Assembly: GCA_965206595.1 (NCBI GenBank)
Contig: OZ242214.1
Span: 6,688,001 to 6,752,000 of the forward strand
Length of the DNA stretch: 64,000 nucleotides
Source: Candidatus Latescibacterota bacterium
GTDB lineage: Bacteria; Latescibacterota; UBA2968; UBA8231
Direction: 5' to 3'
The stretch's first letter is position 1. Each line of letters starts with the position of its first letter. A program made the position numbers and the translations under genes. The notes under the pieces were generated by a model that was given only the letters and a program-made list of their open reading frames with translations, had not been told where the DNA came from and did no database searches. Positions 49,345 to 58,046 of the stretch are shown here, in pieces.

Positions 49345-50355
49345 ATGGGGAAGTTTATTCTGGCCGGTGTATTTCTGTTTCTGTCGATTTTCCCGGCAAA
49401 AAGCCAGACGAGCTTGATTACTTGGAAAGGGTGCGGGGGGCTTTGTGCGATGGACCCCGATAAGCGCGGTGCCTCTCCGGCTCCCCTTTTCCTTGGGTTA
49501 GGTCTCGAAGGGTCTATTGCGCAACACGATTGGTCTCTGGATGGAGAAAAAGTCGCGTTTACCGTTTATTCCGGAACGGCACCCAATAGCGATGTATGGA
49601 GCATCCGGACAGACGGAACGAATCTCAAGCAGCTCGTGCGGCAGCGGCGCAAGTGTCCGTTTGGGGGGAAATACGACGGTGGAAATAATGGTTTATGCGT
49701 CCCCGTTTTCAGTGATGGACTTTCCTGGTCTCCCGATGGGTCTGAAATTGCCCTCCTACATGGAAACGGAATCACCTATTTCATACAACCGGAAGAATTC
49801 CAGATAGAGGAACCGTCTGATTTCGCTACGAGGTTCCTTTATTCGAGACAGGCAGGAGAGATAAGGTTCAGCGCATTTCAAATCGACTGGGCTCCCGATG
49901 GTCGTATATACATCGGTAAACATAATGAAGAATGGGAAATATTGTCTTTCAATCGAGACGGATCTGGGGAGGAATTACATGTCCGAAATGGTATATTTCC
50001 GGCAGTTTCTCCAAATGGAGAAAGGCTTGCGTTCCATTGGGCCGGAGGGCGATCCTACCTTAGGAAGGACAGCCTTTTCGTAGCGGACATTGACGGCAGA
50101 AATATTCGGTATCTGACAGAAGGAAGCAGACCTTCCTGGTCTCCTGATTCTCAGCGCATTGTTTTCCTTGAATTCTTAGGAAAAGGACGAGGCGAGGGAC
50201 GAATCGGAATAATTAATGAAGATGGAACCGGCCTGGATATCTTGCATGAGTTTTCGATTTGGCTTGATGATGTTGACTGGTCTCCCTGGCTGAACACACC
50301 GACAGGGGTCTCCCCAGCTTCCTGGGGAGAAGTGAAGCGGGAGTTTTCGGAATGA
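49345..50355 (+). CDS. Secreted TolB-like (PD40) beta-propeller with C-terminal SWGEVK motif
   Basis: Signal peptide; WSLDG, WSPDG, WAPDG, VSPNG, WSPDS; PTGVSPASWGEVKREF. Confidence 0.82.
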   Translation: MGKFILAGVFLFLSIFPAKSQTSLITWKGCGGLCAMDPDKRGASPAPLFLGLGLEGSIAQHDWSLDGEKVAFTVYSGTAPNSDVWSIRTDGTNLKQLVRQRRKCPFGGKYDGGNNGLCVPVFSDGLSWSPDGSEIALLHGNGITYFIQPEEFQIEEPSDFATRFLYSRQAGEIRFSAFQIDWAPDGRIYIGKHNEEWEILSFNRDGSGEELHVRNGIFPAVSPNGERLAFHWAGGRSYLRKDSLFVADIDGRNIRYLTEGSRPSWSPDSQRIVFLEFLGKGRGEGRIGIINEDGTGLDILHEFSIWLDDVDWSPWLNTPTGVSPASWGEVKREFSE

Positions 50356-50552
50356 ATAGGATCTTCAAAGCTCTTTTGATCGCCATTGGAGTTTTTATTT
50401 TCCTCCTGATCATGTGGGCTATTCCATGAGCATCGCCCTGGCTGTTATTGCTGTAACCTCTGTCCTGGTAATTCGTCGTCATTAGTCATCCTCTGGATTC
50501 GATTCATTGGGAGGTGGAAAGGGAGGGGAAGTAGGTTTCCCCTCCCTCACTT

Positions 50553-50846
50553 ATGATCTTCAGAGACAGACTTACAGAAACTCTCCTGAACATCGGCGAA
50601 GCTCAAATTGAGAAAGGGAAGTTCAACTCCCTGGCCGACAGCTTTCTCGTGCGCGAACTGATCCGTCTGGGCCTGGTTCTGTCCAAGGGTCTCAAGGAGG
50701 AAAAATACCGCGACCTGCGGCTTACCAGGCGCGGCAAGGAGTTGTATGTCCGGGAGACGATGAAGAGCCCGGAAACCCTTAGAGGGCGATCAGAGGAAGC
50801 ACTGAGAAAGCTGATCTATCTCGACTTCGAGGAGGAGAATCCGTGA
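50553..50846 (+). CDS. Small hypothetical protein, possibly winged-helix-like
   Basis: 97-aa ORF; LIRLGLV...LRLTRRGKEL. Confidence 0.45.
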   Translation: MIFRDRLTETLLNIGEAQIEKGKFNSLADSFLVRELIRLGLVLSKGLKEEKYRDLRLTRRGKELYVRETMKSPETLRGRSEEALRKLIYLDFEEENP

Positions 50847-51039
50847 CTCGATTTATTGGTTTCATAGCCATGGCAGTCCTGGTTGCTTGCTCGGGGGACA
50901 AGGTGTTGAGCCCTCAGGCTGCTCCCAAGCGCGTCTCAAGCGGTATCATCTTCGGCAACGAAGGACTTGCGAATCCCTAATTCAGGTGTGGAGAATTGAC
51001 GCTCCCCTATGATTCTGCGGGAGCGTCGTCACTGCACTT

Positions 51040-51285
51040 CTACACCCTCCTTCCCGTTGAAGTGACGTGAAGCTTGACCGCTCGGGTAAGCTCGAACATG
51101 GAAACCTTGTTTCAATCCACCAGGGCGCGAAGCGCGGCATCCGTATGGATGTACGGGGCTTCCCCTTCCAGACCATTCTCGATGATGTAATCCCCCACCA
51201 GCTCGATGATCTTTACCCAGGACAGCGGCACGTCTCCGACAATGACAGACAGCTCGGGGGAGGGTTGGTACAACTCTGAGGGCAT
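51040..51285 (-). pseudogene. SWIB/MDM2-domain protein with in-frame TGA at 51112-51114
   Basis: Manual translation MPSELYQPSPELSVIVGDVPLSWVKIIELVGDYIIENGL...IHTDAALRALVD*NKVSMFELTRAVKLHV; RBS gaaaggga. Confidence 0.75.
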
Positions 51286-52282
51286 TAGGGGCTCCCTTTC
51301 TGTTGGTTATTTTTTTGCATTGATCCTGACTGTCCCTGCACAGGCATGGCTATCCTGGTCGCCACAGGGGGATCGATTTGTGTATTCCACAGGGTCAGCA
51401 CAGTGGGGAGTGCCGGAAGGAGAAGTGTTTGTAGTTAACGCCTACACGAAGCAGTCTGTTGCACTCGGACCCGGGGTAAAGCCCGATTGGTCTCCCGTCG
51501 ATGACATTATTATTCTTCAACGCTTCGATGAGATATCCACCGTAAAGACAGACGGCTCAGGCTTACAGAAGATTGCCGAAACAAGCGGAGATCTAATAGG
51601 CTGGTCTCCAGATGGAAGCCGCTTTGCCTGGTGGAAGGGAAGTCTTGGGAAAGGCGTTTCTGTTTACATCAAGGAAACTGACAGAGACAGTATCCAGGTT
51701 ATTGAGCTTGACGACACCCGCATAGGAATCGGTTCTTGGGAGCCTTCTGGAATAGTCGTCTATAGCAATTCAGGCTGGGGACAACGAGAATCCGAACTGA
51801 CCTATGTGTCGATTTTGGATGTAGAGACCGGGCCAGCGGTATTGATAGACGGACTGAGGTTGTGCACCGAGGGAACCTCGGACTGGACTTCAGATGGCCG
51901 TCCGGCATGTTCATGGTGGGGATACATGGCAGGCGATTATACAGGATGGATCAACGCAGTAACCTTCTACGGGAAAACAATAACCGTTGTGGAAGGCTTG
52001 CTTCGTCCCTCCCATCCCTCCTGGTCTCCTGATGGCAGGAGGCTTGCATTCGACCTGGAGCTCCCTGATTCCACAAACGAGATTTTCATTGCCGAAGGAG
52101 AAGGTCTTGAGGAAATCCGACAAATAACCTTTGATGGACAGGGGAATTACCACCCCAAGTGGAGCCCTGATGGAGACGTTATTGTTTACCAGACTGACTC
52201 GTCTCTTGCGTTCATATCTCCGGAAACGCCTTCAAATGTTGGGCTAATTAGCTGGGGAGAGGTCAAACGCAAAGGAGAGTAG
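51206..52282 (+). CDS. TolB-like (PD40) beta-propeller with C-terminal SWGEVK motif (true start probably after 51290; 5' end may be truncated)
   Basis: WSPQG, WSPVD, WSPDG x3; PSNVGLISWGEVKRKGE. Confidence 0.78.
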   Translation: MIFTQDSGTSPTMTDSSGEGWYNSEGIRGSLSVGYFFALILTVPAQAWLSWSPQGDRFVYSTGSAQWGVPEGEVFVVNAYTKQSVALGPGVKPDWSPVDDIIILQRFDEISTVKTDGSGLQKIAETSGDLIGWSPDGSRFAWWKGSLGKGVSVYIKETDRDSIQVIELDDTRIGIGSWEPSGIVVYSNSGWGQRESELTYVSILDVETGPAVLIDGLRLCTEGTSDWTSDGRPACSWWGYMAGDYTGWINAVTFYGKTITVVEGLLRPSHPSWSPDGRRLAFDLELPDSTNEIFIAEGEGLEEIRQITFDGQGNYHPKWSPDGDVIVYQTDSSLAFISPETPSNVGLISWGEVKRKGE

Positions 52283-52772
52283 TAATGCGTCTTGCTCACA
52301 AACCTGCTTGCCTGAAGGGACAGACTTCTCCCGCGCATCAGTGAACGCTGGATGCAATTCCCAGGCTGTTTCCGCCTGCCTCCTGGCAGAGAACGAGGGT
52401 CGTGCCGTTTCAACTGACCTGCGGCTCCATAGATAGGGTCCCCCCGCTTCAGAGCGCTGCCTTTTTTTTCTGCAGTAATTGAAGTCCCACCCCCCGCTAC
52501 CGCCTTTCTCCAACTAAAGTTTCAGGCCATTTTGGTTTTAGTTTCAACCGGTTATAATAAAAGGTAGAAGGAGGCAGGCAGCATCCGCTGCGGCTTCCCT
52601 GTCCCTTCTGTCGGCGGACACCGACGGAGTCACTATCCCTCTGAAACCGAAAGGAATTATATGGGAGCGTGAATCACAATATTTATTTGAGAGCCCCTGG
52701 TATTCAAGTACGGTATTCCACGGCTCGAAGATAATCCAGATCATTTTCGATCCCTTTTGAAGGTGTATAGCA

Positions 52773-53708
52773 ATGACAGCTACTCCGAAGACACAATATT
52801 TAAACACCCCGTCTGAACAGTCACAACCTTCCATACTCGGACCTCCCGTCCCGAACACCCTGTCCCTGGACGAATTCTACAGCATCTTCCCCGACGAGAT
52901 ATCAGCAGAGAGGTGGTTTGAGGATCTACGATGGAGCAACGGCATTACCTGCCACAGGTGCGGAGATAACAGGTTTACAGAAACTAAATCCGAAAGTCGC
53001 TCCGCTGTGGTGCCGTACTGGTGCTACACCTGCCGCAAACGCTTCAGCGTTCGCACTGGAACCCGCCTTCAAGGCACCAACCTTCCTCTGAAAAAATGGG
53101 CCTTGAGCATTTACCTGTCCGTCAACGGACCGATAAGCTCCACAGGTCTAAGCGGCTATCTCGGAACGGAGGCGCATACAGCATGGTCCGCCTTGCAAAA
53201 TATCCGCCAAGCCTGGGGAGATCCTGAACCGCTCCACGCCACCGTCGCAGAAATAGACGAAACCCCCTTCGGAAAGGTGCGAGGCGCTTCAGGACAGATA
53301 ATCGTCCTGGGAATGAAAGACCGGAACACCGGAAAAATCGCGGCAAAAGTCATCCCCAAAAAAGACCTGGCCACCATAGAACCCTTCGTCCAACTCCACA
53401 TGCAGGATAACCAGGGCACCCTCTACAGCGACGGGGCCAAGGTCTACAGGGCGGTAAGGTGCGTCGCAGACCACCAGTATGTCGTTCACAGCAAGGGGCA
53501 ATACGTCAATGGCAAGGTGCACACTAATGGAATTGATTCATTCTGGTCCTCTCTGAAGGAAGCATATCTTCACACCTATAGACAGAACATATCCGCAAAA
53601 TACTTTCCTCTGTACGTAAACGAGATCGTCGGACGACATAATATCCAGGACAAGGATACAATGGGGAAAATGAAATGGCTCGCCTCCAGGTTGCTGGAAC
53701 CGAAATAG
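52773..53708 (+). CDS. IS1595-family (ISXO2-like) transposase
   Basis: RWSNGITCHRC...CYTCRKRFSVRTGT zinc ribbon; EIDET, YSDG..VY, VHTNGIDSFWS, YVNE...RHN. Confidence 0.93.
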   Translation: MTATPKTQYLNTPSEQSQPSILGPPVPNTLSLDEFYSIFPDEISAERWFEDLRWSNGITCHRCGDNRFTETKSESRSAVVPYWCYTCRKRFSVRTGTRLQGTNLPLKKWALSIYLSVNGPISSTGLSGYLGTEAHTAWSALQNIRQAWGDPEPLHATVAEIDETPFGKVRGASGQIIVLGMKDRNTGKIAAKVIPKKDLATIEPFVQLHMQDNQGTLYSDGAKVYRAVRCVADHQYVVHSKGQYVNGKVHTNGIDSFWSSLKEAYLHTYRQNISAKYFPLYVNEIVGRHNIQDKDTMGKMKWLASRLLEPK

Positions 53709-54197
53709 ACAGGGTCGGGACGCAAGCAGCCGGTCCTCCGGGAGGCTGGAATGAGGCCAGGAAGAAAGGTGCCGACTGGCTCCCCGTCCCTCCTCGAAGT
53801 CGTGCAGATAGACCCTCGTAAAGCCCCATAGACGCTCGACGAAGCCTTGTCCCTCCCTACCCTCCACCCCCCGGGGCCTGCTCCCCTGCAGCCCGGTCTG
53901 AGCACGATCTATGAATCTCTCAGAGGATTGAAAGGGAAGGTGGAGCCGGTGAGATTCCGGTCTGCCTATGTATTACGGGATGATCTCGAAGAATAATCTT
54001 CCAGTTCTGAATCTCCTTCCATCTCCCGGGTAAACAGTGGACGACGAGGGGTGTCCATTTCTCTGTATTCTTTATCATATAGTTATACCATAATTTCTTG
54101 AAATTCGCGGGAAAGTCTCTCCTTGATCGACGTAAGGAATCCCTGGGGAAGACAAGGCGACTCTTCGGCAGCCCCCCCGAAAACAGGGAGAAATTCT

Positions 54198-54740
54198 ATG
54201 CCAAGGACAGCTTGTCTGATTGCCCTCTTACTCGCCGCTCCTCTACAGGCAAGAGAGTGGAGCTTAGGCGTGGATCTTCCATTGGATCAGGGTGGCACGA
54301 GCTTATGGAATACAGGGGAACAGGGAGGCTACGTATGCCCCTTGGAGGACCTACAATTAATACCTTCGCTTCAGGGTCCTCTCACGCTACAAAGGTGGGG
54401 GAACAATGTTCTTCCCCGGAGAGATGAGATGAGACCCGGAGCTGGCATTTCCAGAGGGTATAAAGATTTCGGAGTTTTCCTATCCTATGAGTTTGGATAT
54501 GAAGGATGGGATGGAGATGGCATATACGAGAGAGTAGGACTGGACGCTTACCCCCGAGAGTAGTTGTCTACTGGACCCTCCGATGAGTCCAAGGTTCTTG
54601 ATCTCGATCCTCCCCTTGAAATGCGTTATGCGCTCGTGGTATCCAGCGAAGGACTCACTGAGTTCCCCAGGACCGTCGAGAATGACCTTGCTGTTGGTTG
54701 GAAGAATACTGTCAGGTGTCGAATAACTCCTCCTGCCATT
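54198..54740 (+). pseudogene. 5' remnant of a secreted-protein gene with in-frame TAG at 54561-54563
   Basis: RBS and signal peptide MPRTACLIALLLAAPLQAREW; same frame continues after the stop. Confidence 0.45.
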
Positions 54741-54850
54741 CCATCGCGTAACCTGTTACGGGAGGGTGTCCCTAAGGTGATGTCTTTTCGAGGGATACAT
54801 CGAACTTTATATTTCTCATCAGTTTTTGCGCAGTATTCGATATAAGTCCC

Positions 54851-55951
54851 AACCGTATTGTCCCAACTTCCACTGGCCAGGGTGGTCCCATCCGGCGAGA
54901 ACGCCACCGAACGGACCCAAGATGTATGCCCTCGGAGGGTGGCCTTCTCCTGCCCGCTGGCCACATCCCACAACCGAACCGTTTCGTCATAACTCACACT
55001 GGCAAGGGTGGTCCCATCCGGCGAAAACGCCACCGAAGTGAGCCCGGTCGTATGCCGGAGGGTGGCTGTCTCCTGCCCGCTAGCCACCTCCCACAACACA
55101 ACCGTGCCGTCCCGACTCCCACTGGCCAGGGTGGCCCCATCCGGCGAGAACGCCACCGAATAGACCACATATATATGCCCTTGGAGGGTGGCCGTCTCCT
55201 GCCCGCTCGCCACATCCCACAACACAACCGTGCCGTCTCGACTCCCACCACTAGCCAGGGTGGTCCCATCCGGCGAGAACGCCACCGAACGAGCCCAATC
55301 CGTATTCCCTTGGAGGGTGGCCTTCTCCTGCCCGCTGGTCACCTCCCACAACACAACCGCATAGTCCGGCCAACCTACACTACTGGCCAGAGTGGTCCCA
55401 TCCGGGGAGAACGCCACCGAAAGGACCCTCCCCGTATGCCGGAGAGTGGCCTTCTCCTGCCCGCTGGCCACATCCCACAACCGAACCGTTCTGTCCTCAC
55501 TTGAACTGGCCAGGGTGGTCCCATCCGGCGAAAACGCCACCGAAAGGACCCCATCCGTATGCGCTTGGAGGGCCGCCTTCTTCTGTCCGCTGGCCACATC
55601 CCACAGCACAACTGTGGAGTCGAAACTACCACTGGCCAGAGTGGTCCCATCCGGGGAGAACGCCACCGCACGGACAAACCTTGTATGCCCCGTGAACAAG
55701 GCGATTTCAGCACCGGTGCCAGCATTGTAGAGCCAGATACCGATGCCACTTGCCACGGCCAGCCGTATGCCATCGGGGGAATAGGCCACCGCTCGGTCCC
55801 CACCACCGATGCCGCCTTTGCCCAGACGGGCGAGGGCCCCTTCGGGCAGATTCCAGCGGGGATAGTCCTGGGCACGGCCTTCCCGCACCAACAGGACACA
55901 GGCCAACAAGAAGGCGACATTGAATATTCGGGGCTGTTTCATCTGATTCAT
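54851..55951 (-). pseudogene. N-terminal half of interrupted secreted WD40-repeat protein
   Basis: Signal peptide, WNLPEGALARLGKG, 7x VAFSPDGxTLAS repeats ending at the target duplication. Confidence 0.9.
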
Positions 55952-56016
55952 TGATTCATGTCTTTTCTTAGGAAGGGATGGGCGGCCCGGCCCAGGCGGC
56001 GCAACTCGGGTGAGAG

Positions 56017-56346
56017 TCAGTCTTCGGCCACGGCCCTCTCCAGGATCTCCTGGAGATAGGCGTTCATGCTCAGCCGATGGCGGGCGGCCTGCAGGGCGAC
56101 CCTCCGATGGAGGTCGGGCGTCGTGCGCAGCATCATCTTCCCGGAAAAAGGCTTCTCCGGCGGACGATCCTGCTCCCGGCAGAAAGCCAGGTACTCCTCG
56201 ACTGATCGACGCATCTCCCGGCGCAACTCGGCCACCGAGGAGCCGTAGAAGGAGATGACGTCGTTCGTGTTGACCACGGTCCCGTGAAACGAGCCGGTAT
56301 CGGGCTCGAAATCGAAGACACCGAGAAAGCCCTTGTACTCGATCAT
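56017..56346 (-). CDS. hicB: HicB-family antitoxin
   Basis: MIEYKGF...FHGTV...YLAFC...PEKPFSGK..LR..PDLHR...SMNAY. Confidence 0.93.
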   Translation of the reverse strand: MIEYKGFLGVFDFEPDTGSFHGTVVNTNDVISFYGSSVAELRREMRRSVEEYLAFCREQDRPPEKPFSGKMMLRTTPDLHRRVALQAARHRLSMNAYLQEILERAVAED

Positions 56347-56594
56347 GGTGTCACCCCCGCATTCTCCAGGAATCGGCGCAGGTCCCTCACCGCCCCCCTG
56401 CTCATCTCGGGGCCCGGATGGGGCCGGTGGAAGACCGCGACTCGATCGTTCAGCAGAATCGCCACTCTGGAGCCCGCTCGTTCGCTTACGATCCCGCCAA
56501 GCCCCTTGAGCATGAACTCCACATCCCGCCAACGAACGGCGCCGGGCGGATGGGCGAAGATCGCCTCGAGCGTTCTGCGATGGCGCCGGTTCAT
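56343..56594 (-). CDS. hicA: HicA-family mRNA interferase toxin
   Basis: HRRTLEAIF...WRDVE...GSRV...FHRPHP. Confidence 0.93.
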   Translation of the reverse strand: MNRRHRRTLEAIFAHPPGAVRWRDVEFMLKGLGGIVSERAGSRVAILLNDRVAVFHRPHPGPEMSRGAVRDLRRFLENAGVTP

Positions 56595-56629
56595 TCGCTG
56601 ATGATATCATTCTATGATAGCAAAGTCAA
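56590..56629. promoter_or_regulatory. Overlapping divergent promoters with palindromic operator between hicA and hen1
   Basis: Minus strand TTGACT-N17-TATCAT ending 6 nt before hicA ATG; plus strand TTCATT-N17-TATGAT; palindrome tgatatcat-tct-atgatagca 56602-56622. Confidence 0.6.
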
Positions 56630-56645
56630 TCGGAAGCTGTGACCC

Positions 56646-58046
56646 ATGCTGCTGACGATCGCGACCACTTCAAAGCCGGCTACCGATCTCGGGTACCTGC
56701 TGGTGAAGAACCCCGCCCGCTGCCAGTCGTTCCCCCTGCCGTTCGGACAGGCGCACGTCTTCTACCCGGTGGCCCGCGAAGACCGCTGCGAAGCGGCGCT
56801 GCTGCTCGACCTCGATCCGGTCGGTCTCGTGCGCGGCCCCCGGGGCGCCAACCCCGGCGACGGCGGGGCCCTGAAGCAGTACGTCAACGACCGCCCCTAC
56901 GTCGCCTCCTCCTTCCTCAGCGTCGCCATCGCCCGCGTCTTCGGCTCGGCTCTCAAGGGCAGCAGCAAGGACCGGCCCGAGCTCGCGGACACGCCGCTCC
57001 CCTTCGAGGCGGAGGTCGCCGTGCTCCCCTGCCGCGGGGGCGAGCCGTTCCTGCGGCGCCTCTTCGAGCCGCTCGGGTACGCGGTCGAGGCCCGGCGCCT
57101 CCCTCTCGACAGCAACTTCCCCGAATGGGGGGAGAGCCCGTACTACCGGGTGCGGCTGGCCGGAACCTGCCGGCTCCGCGACCTCCTCTCCCACCTCTAC
57201 GTCCTGCTTCCGGTGCTCGACGACGACAAGCATTACTGGGTAGGGCAGGAGGAGCTCGACAAGCTGCTGGCCCGGGGGGAAGGCTGGCTCTCCTCGCACC
57301 CGGAGCGGGAGCAGATCGCCCGCCGCTACCTCAAGCACCAGCGCTACCTGGCGAAGGAGGCGCTCGCCCGGCTCGTCGCCGAGGAAGACCCGGACGCCGA
57401 TGGCGAACCGGCGCATGAGCAGGAGGAGGAGGGTCTCGAGCGCGCGCTCAGTCTGAACGACCAGCGCCTCGCAGCGGTCAGGGGGGCGCTCCGGGAGGCG
57501 GGCGCGCGCAGCGTCATCGATCTCGGCTGCGGCGAGGGCAAGCTTCTCAAGGCCCTGCTCGACGACGGGGAGTGCGGCCGCATCGCCGGCATGGACGTCT
57601 CCCACCGCGCCCTCGAGATCGCCGGGGAGCGCCTCGGCCTCGAGCGCCTCCCGGCCGGACGGCGGCAGCGCCTCGAGCTCTTCCAGGGCTCCCTCACCTA
57701 CCGGGACGAGCGCCTCTCCGGGTACGACGCCGCCTGCGCCGTGGAGGTGATCGAGCATATCGATCCGCCGCGGCTGCCGGCGTTCGAGCGCGTCCTCTTC
57801 GAGTTCGCGCGGCCGGCGACGGTGATCGCGACCACGCCGAACGCCGACTACAACAGCCGCTTCGAGTCCCTTCCCGCCGGCCGCTTCCGCCACCGCGACC
57901 ACCGCTTCGAATGGACGCGGAAGCAGTTCCGCGACTGGGCGCAGGCCGCGGCCGGCCGCTTCGGGTACTCCGTCCGCTTCCTGCCGGTCGGCGAAGAGGA
58001 TCCGGAGCTCGGCCCGCCGACGCAGATGGCGGTGTTCTCGTTATGA
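56646..58046 (+). CDS. hen1: RNA 3'-terminal 2'-O-methyltransferase Hen1
   Basis: ATDLGYLLVKNP, YVNDRPYVASS, LPVLDDDKHYWV, DLGCGEG, EVIEH, TTPN..YN, RHRDHRFEWTR. Confidence 0.96.
   Translation: MLLTIATTSKPATDLGYLLVKNPARCQSFPLPFGQAHVFYPVAREDRCEAALLLDLDPVGLVRGPRGANPGDGGALKQYVNDRPYVASSFLSVAIARVFGSALKGSSKDRPELADTPLPFEAEVAVLPCRGGEPFLRRLFEPLGYAVEARRLPLDSNFPEWGESPYYRVRLAGTCRLRDLLSHLYVLLPVLDDDKHYWVGQEELDKLLARGEGWLSSHPEREQIARRYLKHQRYLAKEALARLVAEEDPDADGEPAHEQEEEGLERALSLNDQRLAAVRGALREAGARSVIDLGCGEGKLLKALLDDGECGRIAGMDVSHRALEIAGERLGLERLPAGRRQRLELFQGSLTYRDERLSGYDAACAVEVIEHIDPPRLPAFERVLFEFARPATVIATTPNADYNSRFESLPAGRFRHRDHRFEWTRKQFRDWAQAAAGRFGYSVRFLPVGEEDPELGPPTQMAVFSL

Larger units (their letters stand above)
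46524..54850. mobile_element. 8.3-kb cargo element with IS1595-family transposase
   Basis: 8-bp target duplication aaccgtat at 46516-46523 and 54851-54858; removal restores ...SGSWDNTVRLWDV...; interior is visibly more AT-rich than flanks. Confidence 0.85.

Noticed and set aside
50509-50546. Internal inverted repeat matching the left end of the 8.3-kb element (ggaaacc)
   Set aside because: Better explained as a local hairpin gggaggggaa/ttcccctccc; the match is short and has no TSD
51112-51114. Selenocysteine recoding of the SWIB TGA
   Set aside because: The position is a loop residue rather than a known Cys site and I saw no convincing SECIS; a nonsense mutation is simpler
54626-54850. C-terminal extension of the WD40 ORF (GTYIEYCAK...)
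   Set aside because: Read-through into the end of the inserted element, not native protein
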